A model generated the notes under the pieces. It was not told where the DNA came from and searched no databases. It saw nothing but the letters and a program-made list of their open reading frames with translations. From a virus: a stretch of DNA of 64,000 nt. Shown here in pieces: positions 8,716 through 17,481 of this stretch. The stretch spans positions 1 through 64,000 of IMG/VR virus record IMGVR_UViG_3300032213_001850; one strand, given 5' to 3'. Positions within the stretch are counted from its first letter, which is position 1. Every line of letters starts with the position of its first letter. The position numbers were made by a program, and so were the translations under genes.

Positions 8716-9556
8716 TGCTCACCGAAAGGATAATTTAGTTAATATGAAAATTTTAAAATATTGGACGGCAGATGAGTTTGAAGTTGCATCTTATAAATGG
8801 AATTTATCAAAAAGAAAAAATAGTATATGGAAAGAATCGGGTAGTGATAAAACTCGTAAATGTACTTACACATATAACGAATTAGGTTTTAGAGGTGATA
8901 GTATTAAAAAAGATGGATTTAAAATCATGTCTTTGGGATGTTCTCATACTGAGGGTGTTGGTGTAAATGATGATGAATCTTGGCCGGCACAATTCACAAA
9001 ATTAATTCCGAATGGTGTTAATATGAACTTTGGAACAGGCGGAAGAAGTGGTGATTTTGTAGTAAGATGTTTAATGAGTTATTATGATTTGATTAAACCA
9101 GATTTAGTATTAATTTTATACCCACCTATCAATAGAAAAGAAATATATACTGCGGATGGTGGAATTGAACCATATATGGCAACATCTGCATGGGGATATA
9201 TGGAAGAAACCGAAGAGGGTAGACTTATCCAAAAAAATTTACTTGAAATTCAAAATACTAATCATGATTTTGTAAATTGGTATAAAAACCATCAATTGGT
9301 AAAATTATTTTTAGAATCCAAAAAATGTAATTTTATTTGGAATGGAAGTTTAACACAATCACCTTATAAAGATGAATTTAGATATGATGGAGATTTTTTT
9401 GTAAATATAATAGATAGAGGTGTTGATGGTAGACATTGCGGCCCAAAACATCTTAAAAATTATGCAACAAAGTTATATGACCATATTAATAATAATTTTC
9501 CTAATTTTTTATTAAATGATAAAACTCAATTAAATGTTAAAAAAGATTTAATATAA
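8678..9556 (+). CDS. SGNH/GDSL-like hydrolase or acyltransferase (start probably 8744)
   Basis: YNELGFRG, GCSHTEG, NFGTGG, DGRH. Confidence 0.7.
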   Translation: MKKDIIKKIICYNAHRKDNLVNMKILKYWTADEFEVASYKWNLSKRKNSIWKESGSDKTRKCTYTYNELGFRGDSIKKDGFKIMSLGCSHTEGVGVNDDESWPAQFTKLIPNGVNMNFGTGGRSGDFVVRCLMSYYDLIKPDLVLILYPPINRKEIYTADGGIEPYMATSAWGYMEETEEGRLIQKNLLEIQNTNHDFVNWYKNHQLVKLFLESKKCNFIWNGSLTQSPYKDEFRYDGDFFVNIIDRGVDGRHCGPKHLKNYATKLYDHINNNFPNFLLNDKTQLNVKKDLI

Positions 9557-10602
9557 TGAAAGAAGATATATTAAAACAATACATATGTACAACACCATTT
9601 GTTTATTTAGAAGTACATAAAGGTGGGGTACATAGTTGTTGTCCGTCCTGGTTACCAAATAAAATTTCTAGTTTAGAAGATATTGATAAAGCGTGGGGAA
9701 GTGAAGAATTAAAAAAAGTACAAGAATCAATTTTAGATGGTTCATACAAATATTGTTCAAAAACAGAATGTCCGTATTTATCGGAATTACTTATTACTGG
9801 TAGTAAACCAAAAGGATTTATTGATAAAACTAATTTTAATATTAATGATTATAAAAAAGGCCCTACTAATATAAATTTTGCATTTGATAGAAGTTGTAAT
9901 TTATCATGTCCATCTTGTAGAAATGTTGCAATTATGGCAGATGGAACGGAATTGGAATTTATTGATGATACGATAAATAAAATTGTTGATGTGTATGGAA
10001 AAAATATAAAGATGTTATACCTTTCAGGTTCAGCCGACCCATTTGCATCTAAATCTTTTAGGAAATTTTTATTAGAATTTGACAAAAACAAATTACCAAA
10101 TGTAAATCATATTCATCTACATACCAACGCATTATTATTAACTGAAAAAATGTGGAATAGTTTAGGTCACATACATGATTTAATAAAAACCATTGAAATT
10201 AGTATTGATGCTGCAAATGAAGAAACTTATAAAATTGTTAGAAGAGGTGGCGATTGGCAAACATTGTTAAATAATTTAGATTTTATATCAACAATAAAAC
10301 TTCGTAACAAAAATGTTTCTTTTGTTGTACAAGATACGAATTATTTAGAAATGGAAGATTTTTATATATTGATGAATAAAATTTTTAAAAATAATATAAA
10401 TGTATTTTTTAATAAAATAACAAATTGGGGAACATACACATCATCAGAATATGCTATTAAACAAATATGGAATGAATCACATCCAGAATTTCAAATGTTT
10501 TTACATCAGCTTGATAAAATTAATAAAAAATATAAGTGTACCCACAATATGCATGATATAATTGATAAATATTTACCTAAAAAAATAAATGGTTTAATAT
10601 AA
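9556..10602 (+). CDS. Radical SAM enzyme with N-terminal SPASM/twitch-like Cys cluster
   Basis: CNLSCPSC; SGSADPF; HTNALL; ISIDAA; N-terminal C..PF...CCPSW...C....CP. Confidence 0.85.
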   Translation: MKEDILKQYICTTPFVYLEVHKGGVHSCCPSWLPNKISSLEDIDKAWGSEELKKVQESILDGSYKYCSKTECPYLSELLITGSKPKGFIDKTNFNINDYKKGPTNINFAFDRSCNLSCPSCRNVAIMADGTELEFIDDTINKIVDVYGKNIKMLYLSGSADPFASKSFRKFLLEFDKNKLPNVNHIHLHTNALLLTEKMWNSLGHIHDLIKTIEISIDAANEETYKIVRRGGDWQTLLNNLDFISTIKLRNKNVSFVVQDTNYLEMEDFYILMNKIFKNNINVFFNKITNWGTYTSSEYAIKQIWNESHPEFQMFLHQLDKINKKYKCTHNMHDIIDKYLPKKINGLI

Positions 10603-10648
10603 AATATATCTTAATAAACAAAAAGACCATATTAAAAAAATAATTTAA

Positions 10649-11227
10649 ATGAGAATTGCAATAATTGCTCATCATAGAAGTGGTAGTAATAGTATAAGTC
10701 AATGGTTATCAATGGAATTAGGTTATAAATGGATAACCGAACCATATAATATGGATGATGAATATTGGAACCATGACAAAGAAGAAAGACATCAAAATAG
10801 TTTAATAAATAATAATATAGTTGTAAAATATATTTATGGTCAATTTACTGATTCAAAACAAATAATTGAAATTATTAAATCATTTGATAAATTAATAATA
10901 TTAACTAGAGATAATGTTAGAGAATGTGCAATTAGTTCACTTTACACTAAAGTAACAAATAAATATCATGATAAATATGTATTGAATATCGATTGGTTAA
11001 ACAAAAATGAAAACCAAATAGAAGAAGAAATGTATAATATTAATATAACAAATAATAAATTAAAAAATATAAAAGAAGGATTACAAATAACTTACGAAGG
11101 TATTTTTGAAACTAAAGAAGACATTGCCAAATTAAAAGACTATTTAAAATTAAGTGAATTAAGATATGATAATTTTATAGATAAAAAAAATAAATATACA
11201 AATACTAAAAGGGAAAAATTATTATAA
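10649..11227 (+). CDS. P-loop sulfotransferase-like protein
   Basis: AHHRSGSNSI, EPYN, ILTRD..ECAIS, ITYE. Confidence 0.65.
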   Translation: MRIAIIAHHRSGSNSISQWLSMELGYKWITEPYNMDDEYWNHDKEERHQNSLINNNIVVKYIYGQFTDSKQIIEIIKSFDKLIILTRDNVRECAISSLYTKVTNKYHDKYVLNIDWLNKNENQIEEEMYNINITNNKLKNIKEGLQITYEGIFETKEDIAKLKDYLKLSELRYDNFIDKKNKYTNTKREKLL

Positions 11228-11231
11228 TAAA

Positions 11232-11261
11232 TTTGGTAATGTTAAAAATTTGTCGTATATT
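11232..11261 (+). promoter_or_regulatory. Bacteroidota-type promoter
   Basis: TTTGGTAAT at 11232, TATATT at 11256. Confidence 0.7.
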
Positions 11262-11291
11262 AGAGTATTATAAAGAATTAAACTCTAAATT

Positions 11292-11933
11292 ATGAAAACA
11301 CAACAAGAATTAGAAACAAATTATGACCGATTTATAGGTATAATTAAGAAGTATTTCACCGGAGAAAGATTGGAGAAATTACTCCATATGTATTCCGAAG
11401 AAGAATTAGGAACAAACCTTACAATATCCCCTGCATCCGGTTCAAAACACTATCACAATGCATATTTTGGTGGATATATAGACCACATTTTTAATGTATG
11501 TAAGAACTCTATGAAAATGAAGGAGTTATTTATTGCACAGGGTGGTATAATTGATTTTACAGATGAAGAATTGATATTTTGTGCATTACATCACGATTTA
11601 GGTAAATTGGGTATTGCAGGTGAAATGCATTACCTACCAAATGATAACGATTGGCAAATTAAAAATCAAGGTAAATTATTCAAGTCAAATGATGTAATTA
11701 CATATATGACTTTAACCGATAGAACATTCTTTACTCTTAATGAATATGGAATTTCTTATAATGAAAAAGAATACTTTGGTATCAAATTAACCGATGGTAT
11801 GTTTGACGAAGATAATCAAAAATACCTAACAGGTCATAATGGTGCAAAAGCTCCAAGATATAAAATTCAATACATTCTACATTGGGCAGATTGGATGTCT
11901 ACCGTAATTGAAAGACAAAATAACGAAATTTAA
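11292..11933 (+). CDS. HD-domain phosphohydrolase
   Basis: H.AYFGGYIDH...ALHHDLGK...LHWAD. Confidence 0.85.
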   Translation: MKTQQELETNYDRFIGIIKKYFTGERLEKLLHMYSEEELGTNLTISPASGSKHYHNAYFGGYIDHIFNVCKNSMKMKELFIAQGGIIDFTDEELIFCALHHDLGKLGIAGEMHYLPNDNDWQIKNQGKLFKSNDVITYMTLTDRTFFTLNEYGISYNEKEYFGIKLTDGMFDEDNQKYLTGHNGAKAPRYKIQYILHWADWMSTVIERQNNEI

Positions 11934-12011
11934 TGTCATTTTGTCAATAATAATCCTTTGGTATATTATTTGGACTATATAGGATATTATTAACTAAAAA
12001 ACATTTATATT

Positions 12012-12398
12012 ATGTACATGATTGATTACAGTAAGTTATTCGATGAATTTTTTCCAATTCATCAACCAAAAGAAAGAACAACATATGTTGCTTCAAAATT
12101 TGCAGTAGACATTAAAGAAGATATTGCAACATTGGCGTTGTCCGTAATAGGACATGACCCCAAAGATATTGAAATCAATTGCTTTGAGGACAAAATTGAA
12201 ATTAAATCTAAAAAAACACAAGAGGACAAAGAAAATCCTTTCAATCAACTAATTTCAGACATCGAAGAAAGAGTTCAAGTGGGCAAAAACTTTGATGGTA
12301 GAAAGGCAAAAGCTGAAATTAAAAATGGTATTCTCTTAATTACTATTGAAAGAAAAGAAGAGTCCAAACCAAAAAAATTAACCCCAAAATTAGGTTAA
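12012..12398 (+). CDS. Small heat-shock protein (Hsp20/alpha-crystallin)
   Basis: G.DPKDIEI...AEIKNGILLITI and C-terminal KPKKL motif. Confidence 0.8.
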   Translation: MYMIDYSKLFDEFFPIHQPKERTTYVASKFAVDIKEDIATLALSVIGHDPKDIEINCFEDKIEIKSKKTQEDKENPFNQLISDIEERVQVGKNFDGRKAKAEIKNGILLITIERKEESKPKKLTPKLG

Positions 12399-12420
12399 TT
12401 CAGTTATTTTTCGTATATTG

Positions 12421-12454
12421 AAAAGGTAGGAGATTAAACACTTCTACCTTTTTT
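12421..12454 (+). terminator. Rho-independent terminator after hsp20
   Basis: aaaaggtaggag-attaaaca-cttctacctttt hairpin plus T-run. Confidence 0.75.
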
Positions 12455-12477
12455 ATTATAAACAAATATTTATTACT

Positions 12478-12654
12478 ATGATATACAACGAAAAAATACA
12501 AATGTTATTAGAATCTTTAGACGGAAAATTAAGGATTTTACAAAACGGAATTACTGGTGCACAATCAATGACACCAACAGTTGCACACACTACATTAGAA
12601 GATGCAAGAAAGATAGTAGAGCGTGTTTCCGAATTAACCAGAATCAATCGATAA
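12478..12654 (+). CDS. Hypothetical protein, 58 aa (MIYNEKIQMLLESLDGKLRILQNG...)
   Basis: Read from sequence; follows ATATTTAT at 12466; stop abuts the next ATG. Confidence 0.65.
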   Translation: MIYNEKIQMLLESLDGKLRILQNGITGAQSMTPTVAHTTLEDARKIVERVSELTRINR

Positions 12655-13788
12655 ATGAATTGGCTTAAATATTTAGTCGGATTTTCTGCACTAATTATTG
12701 CCGGATGTGCAGCTTACTTCTCCGTAACGGGTTTAGGTGTTCTATTTAGTGGAGCAGCTGTATCTGTAATGGTGATGGCCGGTGCATTGGAGTTTGCAAA
12801 GTTAGTTGCAGCAACTTATCTAAAACAAGAGTGGGATAATATAAAAGGATTTAATAAGTGGTATTTGACCTCTGCCGTTGCATTATTGATGTTAATCACT
12901 TCTGCGGGTATATTTGGATATCTTTCGAATGCATTCCAATCTCAGTCCTTAAAATTGCAACAGGTAGATAGAGAAGTTTTAGTTTATACAACAAAAATCG
13001 AACAAAATACCGCTCAAATTACTCAACTTAACACTCAATTAGGTAATTTATCCTCAACACAAAACACAATTTTAGAAAAAGGTAAGGTAAATTCTCGTCT
13101 TTTACGTTCAGTAGACCAAAAAGATAGACAAGTTGCAACAATTAACAAAAAAATTGGTAATTTACAAGACGAAAATGCTAAAAATAACGAAAAAATCAAC
13201 GAAATTAAGATTACAAACTTAGATTTGGAGAAAGAAGTGGGTGGATTTAGGTTTATTGCGGAAGCTTTTGGTATGGAATTAAAAAATGTAGTGAAATTCT
13301 TCATATTTTTGATTGTAATTGTATTTGACCCGTTGGCAGTAGCTTTAATTATCGCATTTAATGGTTTAATTGAAACTAAAAAACAAAAACAAAGAAGACT
13401 TTTGGCGGAAATGGTAGAACATGACCAAAAATTGGGTTTATATGATGATTTAGACTATTTGATGGAAGAAAACTATAAAGGTTACGAAGTTTACGGAGAT
13501 GATATTATTAACGAAAACAAAAAAGATGAGATTAACAAGAAAAAAGAAGATACAAATGTTAAATCTACTGATGTTGTGGTTGATGCTACACCAATTTCTG
13601 AAAATGTAGAAGAAAAACTTCCAGATTTAAAATGGGAAGAATATATGCATCCGGAATTTCCTTGGAATAAGAGAAATTTATGGATAAATAACCCAAAGGC
13701 TGTTAATTATTGGTTATCGACTAGAGGTGGTAATGTTAGAGACCTTGCAAGAATTAGAAGTGAAGAAGAAAATACCAAAACTTATTAA
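12655..13788 (+). CDS. Membrane protein with periplasmic coiled coil
   Basis: Three N-terminal TM helices, long coiled coil, TM IVIVFDPLAVAL. Confidence 0.75.
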   Translation: MNWLKYLVGFSALIIAGCAAYFSVTGLGVLFSGAAVSVMVMAGALEFAKLVAATYLKQEWDNIKGFNKWYLTSAVALLMLITSAGIFGYLSNAFQSQSLKLQQVDREVLVYTTKIEQNTAQITQLNTQLGNLSSTQNTILEKGKVNSRLLRSVDQKDRQVATINKKIGNLQDENAKNNEKINEIKITNLDLEKEVGGFRFIAEAFGMELKNVVKFFIFLIVIVFDPLAVALIIAFNGLIETKKQKQRRLLAEMVEHDQKLGLYDDLDYLMEENYKGYEVYGDDIINENKKDEINKKKEDTNVKSTDVVVDATPISENVEEKLPDLKWEEYMHPEFPWNKRNLWINNPKAVNYWLSTRGGNVRDLARIRSEEENTKTY

Positions 13789-13791
13789 AAA

Positions 13792-13821
13792 TTTGGTAAT
13801 TTAGAATTATTTTCGTATATT
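13792..13821 (+). promoter_or_regulatory. Bacteroidota-type promoter
   Basis: TTTGGTAAT at 13792, TATATT at 13816. Confidence 0.7.
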
Positions 13822-13827
13822 ACATAT

Positions 13828-14715
13828 ATGAGTATAGGATATGCATGTATTAACCTTTCATTAGGTAAAAAGATTACAACGAATAGAACAATGGTCAAAC
13901 GAACTTTCATAGCAAAGGGATTAGACTATGTATCGGATTTGGTATTGCAGAATGTTACAGACCTCGAACAAATTATAGATTGGAACGAACAAAACGGAAT
14001 TAAAATGTATCGTATGAGTAGTGATATGTTTCCTTGGGCAACCGAATACGAATTTACTAAATTAAAAGACTGGAACGAAATACAAAAGATACTACAAAGA
14101 TGTGGTGCAAAGGCAACGATGTATAAACAAAGATTATCATTTCACCCCGGTCCGTTTAATGTATTAGTATCCCCAAAAGAAAATGTGGTATTGAATACGA
14201 TTAAAGATTTAGAAGTGCATGGTCGTATAATGGATGCAATGGAATTATCTAAAACACCTTACAATAAAATTAATATACATTGCAACGGAGTATATGGTGA
14301 CAAGATTGCAGCAATGGATAGGTTTATAACTAACTTTGACAAACTATCTAATTCAGTAAAGAGTAGACTAACAATTGAAAATGATGACAAAGCAAGTATG
14401 TATTCAGTTAAAGACTTAATGTATATACACAATGCAATAAAGATACCTATTGTATTTGACTATCACCACCACACATTTAACACAGGGGATTTGAGTGAAC
14501 GAGATGCATTGGCATTAGCAATTACAACGTGGCCGAAAGGTATAACACCGGCAGTTCATTATTCCGAATCAAAAGCATTACATGAAAACAATACAAAAAT
14601 TAAAGCACAAGCACATTCCGATTATATTACAACCCTCCCCGATACATACGACATGGGTGTGGACATTATGGTTGAAGCAAAACAAAAAGATTTAGCAATA
14701 TTAAAATTTATATAA
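13828..14715 (+). CDS. uvsE: UV DNA damage endonuclease
   Basis: IGYACIN, YRMSSDMFP, RLSFHPGPF, IENDD, FDYHHH, HYSES, AHSD, MVEAKQKD. Confidence 0.93.
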   Translation: MSIGYACINLSLGKKITTNRTMVKRTFIAKGLDYVSDLVLQNVTDLEQIIDWNEQNGIKMYRMSSDMFPWATEYEFTKLKDWNEIQKILQRCGAKATMYKQRLSFHPGPFNVLVSPKENVVLNTIKDLEVHGRIMDAMELSKTPYNKINIHCNGVYGDKIAAMDRFITNFDKLSNSVKSRLTIENDDKASMYSVKDLMYIHNAIKIPIVFDYHHHTFNTGDLSERDALALAITTWPKGITPAVHYSESKALHENNTKIKAQAHSDYITTLPDTYDMGVDIMVEAKQKDLAILKFI

Positions 14716-15074
14716 TGAAAAAATACGCATTATTCATCGGAAGATGGCAAACATGGCACAAAGGACATGAATGGTTAATTAATCAACAATTAAAAAAGGG
14801 AAAGAATTGTTGGGTTGCAATTAGAGATGTACAAAAGGATGAAAATAATCCTAAATCAGCACAAGAAGTATTACAAGAATTACAAAAAGAACCATTTTTT
14901 ACTCAAAATTGGGATAAAATCTTATTATCGATTATTCCAGATATTGAAAGTGTAAATTATGGTAGAGGTGTTGGATATGAGGTTATATACCATGAACCTC
15001 CTACTAACATTGAAGTAATTAGTGGAACTAAAATCCGTAAAGGTGAAATTGAAAAAGATGGTAGTAGAGCGTAA
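14715..15074 (+). CDS. HxGH nucleotidyltransferase (cytidylyltransferase-like)
   Basis: FIGRWQTWHKGH and ISGTKIR. Confidence 0.8.
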   Translation: MKKYALFIGRWQTWHKGHEWLINQQLKKGKNCWVAIRDVQKDENNPKSAQEVLQELQKEPFFTQNWDKILLSIIPDIESVNYGRGVGYEVIYHEPPTNIEVISGTKIRKGEIEKDGSRA

Positions 15075-15267
15075 AAGACACATTGCAAAAACTATCTCAT
15101 ATCGTATTATAAGTACCATAGTTGGTTTCTTATTAATGTGGTTGATAAGTGGTTCAATAAAAGTTGGAGCAGCATTTGGAGTAGCAGAATTGATTTATAA
15201 ACCCATACAATATTATATTCACGAAAGAGTTTGGTATAAGTGGATTAAATACGGATTAAAAAAATAA
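15058..15267 (+). CDS. DUF2061-like small membrane protein
   Basis: RHIAKTISYRIIST...YYIHERVW. Confidence 0.75.
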   Translation: MVVERKRHIAKTISYRIISTIVGFLLMWLISGSIKVGAAFGVAELIYKPIQYYIHERVWYKWIKYGLKK

Positions 15268-15291
15268 AAACATTATTATAATAATCAAGCT

Positions 15292-15873
15292 ATGGAATTT
15301 ACATATACAATAGAACCCAATTTCTTATCAAAAGAAGAATGTAATGAGATATTAAATTTTTCATTAAAAGAATTAAAATTAGTACCATCCAAAATTGTTA
15401 GTAGCTATATAGATGATACTATTGATACTAATGTAAGAAAATCAAATCAAGTATTTTACCCTTATTATGAAAAATTTCCATTTTTATTGGAAAAAATGAC
15501 TAAATTATTAAATCAATATATTTTTGTTAAAGGTTTTGATTTAGATTATAAAGATAGTCAATTTCAATTTACAGAATATCATCCAGGTGGCCACTTCAAA
15601 TGGCACAGAGATGTTTCTGGAAAAAAAATAACAAATTATGATAGGTATTGTTCGTTGGTGATACAATTAAACGATGAATATGAGGAAGGTGATTTGCAAA
15701 TAAAAGATGATAAAAATAAAACACTAATAGTTGAAAAGGGTGTTGGAAATTTAATATTATTTTTATCTAATATTGAACATAGAGTTATACCCGTAAAAAG
15801 TGGGATTAGATATACATTAGTTAATTGGGTAAAGTTGATAGAAAATAAAAATTATAAAAAAACATTATTATAA
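15292..15873 (+). CDS. 2OG-Fe(II) oxygenase (prolyl 4-hydroxylase-like)
   Basis: FLSKEEC, WHRD, IQLNDEYEEGDL, HRVIPVKSGIRYTLV. Confidence 0.85.
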   Translation: MEFTYTIEPNFLSKEECNEILNFSLKELKLVPSKIVSSYIDDTIDTNVRKSNQVFYPYYEKFPFLLEKMTKLLNQYIFVKGFDLDYKDSQFQFTEYHPGGHFKWHRDVSGKKITNYDRYCSLVIQLNDEYEEGDLQIKDDKNKTLIVEKGVGNLILFLSNIEHRVIPVKSGIRYTLVNWVKLIENKNYKKTLL

Positions 15874-15874
15874 T

Positions 15875-16528
15875 ATGGGAACTCTTTGGGTATTCGGTGA
15901 TTCTTTTACTAATGGTGATGGGTGTATTAAAACAAAGGGAATTAGAGATGGTGGTACTAAATACTATTATGAATATAAAAAAGCCGGTGACGATATCTGG
16001 CCAAACCATTTAGGGAATTTGTTAAATCTAAAAGTAAAAAATTGTGGCATAAGTGGTGCAAGTAATGATAAAATAATTGATAGAATTATTGATGAATTTA
16101 ATAATTTTAAAAAAGATGATATCGTTTTAATTCAAAAAACATTTTCACAAAGATTTGACACACCAAGTAATAATGAATTAGAGACACATTTTGGTGAATC
16201 ACTTACTATTATGGCTCAAGACTTAGAAAAAAATCCACATATAAAAAATAAATCAGAATTAGAATGTGTGTTAAATTATGGTGTTTTATTTTCGGATAGT
16301 ATCTTATTTAAAGAAAGACACAATAAAAGATTTAATTTTATTAAAAATGTAGTGGATTCCAAAGTTTATAAATGTCATATGTGGGATATTTTTTATTTTA
16401 TGAAATCATTTGAAAACATATCTGAACATACTAACGGTAAAATTATAGACTATCATTTAAGTTTTAATGGCCATAAAAATTTTGCAGACACTTACTATAA
16501 ATTATTATCTAATAAAACATTAATATAA
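15875..16528 (+). CDS. SGNH/GDSL-like protein
   Basis: VFGDSFT, NCGISGASN, DYHLSFNGH. Confidence 0.75.
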   Translation: MGTLWVFGDSFTNGDGCIKTKGIRDGGTKYYYEYKKAGDDIWPNHLGNLLNLKVKNCGISGASNDKIIDRIIDEFNNFKKDDIVLIQKTFSQRFDTPSNNELETHFGESLTIMAQDLEKNPHIKNKSELECVLNYGVLFSDSILFKERHNKRFNFIKNVVDSKVYKCHMWDIFYFMKSFENISEHTNGKIIDYHLSFNGHKNFADTYYKLLSNKTLI

Positions 16529-16574
16529 TCTACGATATAAATAAATAAAATACATACTTAAAAAACAAAAAAAT

Positions 16575-17210
16575 ATGAAATTAATACTTGACAAAGGTTC
16601 TAACGGACTAATAACAAGAGAGTTTGCGGAGTATCTCAAAACTCCTGTGTTAAAATCGGAAATAACACAACAGGAATCCGATGAGTTAAGATTGCAACTA
16701 AGTGAAGCTTTAGTAAAACACCCAGGATTAGGTATTTCTGCAACACAAATTGGAATTAAAAAAAGAGCTTGTTTAATTAAATTTGGTGATGAGGAATTAT
16801 TCTTAGTAAATCCAATTGTAAAAGAAAAATCAAAAGAAGGATTCTTATTTTTGGAAGGATGTTTATCAATTCCATCAACTTTAAGGTCACCGGTTAGAAC
16901 TATTAGAGCTTCTAAAGTTGTAATAGATACGGACAATTTAGGTGAATTAACATTTGAAATAAATCCAGAAGGAGATGAGGCAAATAAAACAGTTTCAAAA
17001 GAAACAATGATGACCGTTATCGTTCAACATGAAATTGACCATTTAGACGGAATTACAATTAAAGATAGAGTATATAACACACAGATTGTCAAAAAAACTA
17101 CATATGGTAGAAATGATAAGATTGTTATGAAGTCTCCAAAAGGTGATTTGGAAGAGATTAAATACAAACATGCAAACAAATATTTTTTACAAGGATATGA
17201 AATCGTTTAA
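16575..17210 (+). CDS. def: Peptide deformylase
   Basis: GLGISATQIG, EGCLSIP, QHEIDHLDG. Confidence 0.93.
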   Translation: MKLILDKGSNGLITREFAEYLKTPVLKSEITQQESDELRLQLSEALVKHPGLGISATQIGIKKRACLIKFGDEELFLVNPIVKEKSKEGFLFLEGCLSIPSTLRSPVRTIRASKVVIDTDNLGELTFEINPEGDEANKTVSKETMMTVIVQHEIDHLDGITIKDRVYNTQIVKKTTYGRNDKIVMKSPKGDLEEIKYKHANKYFLQGYEIV

Positions 17211-17211
17211 T

Positions 17212-17481
17212 ATGGAAATGATATTAATTATACTATTCCTAGTTTTAGGATTTGCAACAATAATAAGAAATCTTTTATTTAAATTAGAAAAATACGAAGA
17301 TATAATCGAAGAGAATGATAAATTCATCGAATCAGAATTACAAAGAAACGAAGCATTACTGGAGGCATTACGAGAAATTGATACTCGTCAAATGTTTGAG
17401 AAGGATGATGAAGTAGGTTCTATATTTTATCAAATAAAAGAAACTATCGAAAAATTCAAAACAAAACAAAATGCCAATTAG
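17212..17481 (+). CDS. Hypothetical membrane-anchored coiled-coil protein
   Basis: N-terminal hydrophobic helix from Met at 17212. Confidence 0.65.
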   Translation: MEMILIILFLVLGFATIIRNLLFKLEKYEDIIEENDKFIESELQRNEALLEALREIDTRQMFEKDDEVGSIFYQIKETIEKFKTKQNAN

